64,000 nt of DNA from Zootoca vivipara (lineage: Eukaryota): the NCBI RefSeq assembly GCF_963506605.1, contig NC_083288.1, forward strand, positions 28,520,001-28,584,000. Reading direction: 5' to 3'. Under the pieces are notes generated by a model. That model had not been told where the DNA came from. It searched no databases and worked only from the letters and a program-made list of their open reading frames with translations. Of this stretch, positions 62,027 to 64,000 are shown piece after piece. Every line of letters starts with the position of its first letter. The first letter of the stretch is position 1. Position numbers and translations under genes: made by a program.

Positions 62027-62573
62027 TATGACCTGCATCAGTTTATTTGGAAGTCTCAGGCACCCAAAGGAAAATATAGGAAACAGGGTTGTGTTCTCTT
62101 ATGTGGTAAGGAATACATTTGTTGCTACTAAACAGCAGTGTTTCAAATGTCAGGGGGTTACTAAATCTGTCTGAACTGATTTGTGTTTAAAGCTGCTTGT
62201 GATAGGAAGAAATATGTTCCCCATTCACAAGTCCAGAGCATATGCATGAAGTTGCACATAGGTGTGATTGCATTTGTGTCACAAGAACATACATATTAAC
62301 TGAATGGATCAGACCAGGCTGTATATGCAATTTAGCATTCTAATTCAAACAAATCACTTCCCTATGAAAGCATGGTATGATCATGGTAGCCATCTCAGTG
62401 AAATAGTAGCAGCAGCTTTTTCATTTTTATTTAAATAAAAAAGGCCCTCCAGATGTTGCTGAACTGCTTCTCCCATCAACCCTGACCATTATCCATGGTA
62501 GCTGGAACTCATGTAAGTTGAAGTCCAACAAGTTCCCCATTCCTGGAGTATACAGAAGAAAGCCTGATGATGC

Positions 62574-63518
62574 TTATGATCTATAGACAAAATATCTCAC
62601 AGCTTTCCTTAATGTTTGTTTAATGTCTTTATTCCTCAGGCTGTAAACGAAAGGATTCACCAAGGGCGTTAAGACGGTGTAAAAGACAGAGCAGACCTTG
62701 TTAAGGTCTCTAAGTGTTCTGGTTTTTGGTAATACGTATACAATGACTATAGTGCCATAAAAGAGTGTAACCACAATGAGGTGTGATGAGCAGGTGGAAA
62801 ATGCTTTCTTCCTTCCTAAAGTGGATGGGATCCTCAGAATGGTTTTTATGATGCAGCTGTAGGAAATAAGTGTTAAAAGAAATGGCACCAATCCAAACAG
62901 AGCTGAGAGAACAAAAATCAGCAGCTGTATTTTTAGGGTATCGTTACAAGACAGTTGAAGTAATGGTGCAAAATCACAGAAGAAGTGGTCAATTTCATTA
63001 GGTCCACAGAATGATAAGTGCATCATTGAAGAGGTTGTTAAACTATTAACGAGAAATCCAATGACCCAAGAACCACTTGAAAGTTGCAGGGAGAACCTGG
63101 CATTCATAATGGTGACATAATGCAATGGTTTGCAGATTGCCAGATACCGATCATAAGACATAGCAGCAAGCAGATAGCATTCTGCAGTAGCCAAGGCCCC
63201 AAAGAAATACAGTTGCATGAAACAAGAATTCACAGACATAGACTGGTTCCCAGTTATGAAACTGTTCAGCATTCTGGGCAAAATAGTTGAGATGTAGCAT
63301 GTCTCTAAAGAAGACAAATTTGCTAGGAAGAAGTACATGGGAGTGTGTAGGTGTTGATCAGCTGCAACTAAGATAACTATCAAAAGGTTTCCCAACATGG
63401 TCACGAGGTAAATCACTAGAAACACCAGGAAAAGGAGCTGAAATGAATGGATATTTCCAAATCCAAGGAGGATGAATTCTTTGACTGCTGTTTGATTGTT
63501 CCATTGTTTATTATCCAT
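62574..63518 (-). CDS. Olfactory receptor (OR11A-like), ~314 aa from MDNKQW
   Basis: FGALATAECYLLAAMSYDRYLAIC, KAFSTCSSHL, NPFVYSLRN; NQT glycosylation site; acceptor TTCTGCAG near 63547. Confidence 0.93.
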   Translation of the reverse strand: MDNKQWNNQTAVKEFILLGFGNIHSFQLLFLVFLVIYLVTMLGNLLIVILVAADQHLHTPMYFFLANLSSLETCYISTILPRMLNSFITGNQSMSVNSCFMQLYFFGALATAECYLLAAMSYDRYLAICKPLHYVTIMNARFSLQLSSGSWVIGFLVNSLTTSSMMHLSFCGPNEIDHFFCDFAPLLQLSCNDTLKIQLLIFVLSALFGLVPFLLTLISYSCIIKTILRIPSTLGRKKAFSTCSSHLIVVTLFYGTIVIVYVLPKTRTLRDLNKVCSVFYTVLTPLVNPFVYSLRNKDIKQTLRKAVRYFVYRS

Positions 63519-64000
63519 GAAATGCTCCTCGGGGTATTTCAAGGAACTGCAGAATGCAATAGGTAGAAATAGAGGTTTCATCATTCAAATCTAACACATA
63601 ACATTTAATATACAAGTGTGACTACACTCTGTGTTTTTATGTGCATATGCACAAGTGTGTGAATGTGGAGATAATTCTTTTAATAAGCAAGTTCCTTGGT
63701 TCAGCAGATGAAAGGAACAGATTATTCCTTGTTTTCTGATGAAGTTTGGGGTTTATATTCTTTGGATACTATGAACCGACTAAATGTAGCCATATACATG
63801 TCTACTGAGAAGTCCTAAAGAGTCTAGATAAATATGTATAGAGCAGTATAATACTACCCAACTTCTAAAAGAGGAAACATACTTTTCTCTAACTACTTTA
63901 TAGGTAAGACACAAGAGACATCTTTTGTTTTTCAGAATCAGTGTAGATTTTAAATAAATATCATTTTGAAACTTACTTGCAAAAAATAAAATAAAAATGA

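Overview
Vertebrate (squamate, probably lacertid lizard, judged from Sauria SINEs, BovB, L2, Penelope and CR1-tailed tRNA SINEs) chemosensory gene cluster. The left 20 kb holds two tandem, intact 6-exon vomeronasal type-2 receptor (V2R, class C GPCR) genes on +. The rest holds six intact single-coding-exon olfactory receptors: one OR12D-like (-), three close OR11A-like paralogs (+) and two more divergent OR11A-like genes (-). Intergenic DNA is dense with TEs, many with readable TSDs, and there is a 181-N assembly gap at 6210-6390. The most striking unexplained structure is a tandem duplicate of the third OR unit (53256-55277) from which the whole OR coding exon is missing; the left breakpoint is a perfect 62-bp fold-back hairpin built from the conserved OR upstream block. 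Other notable items are three Penelope-borne minimal hammerhead ribozyme motifs (each with a lesion), a TSD-bounded 2.1-kb ORF2-less L1 derivative, one CR1-type SINE tail carrying three different tRNA heads, and signs of exon-restricted gene conversion. All family assignments are from recalled motifs and by-eye alignment; no database searches were run.
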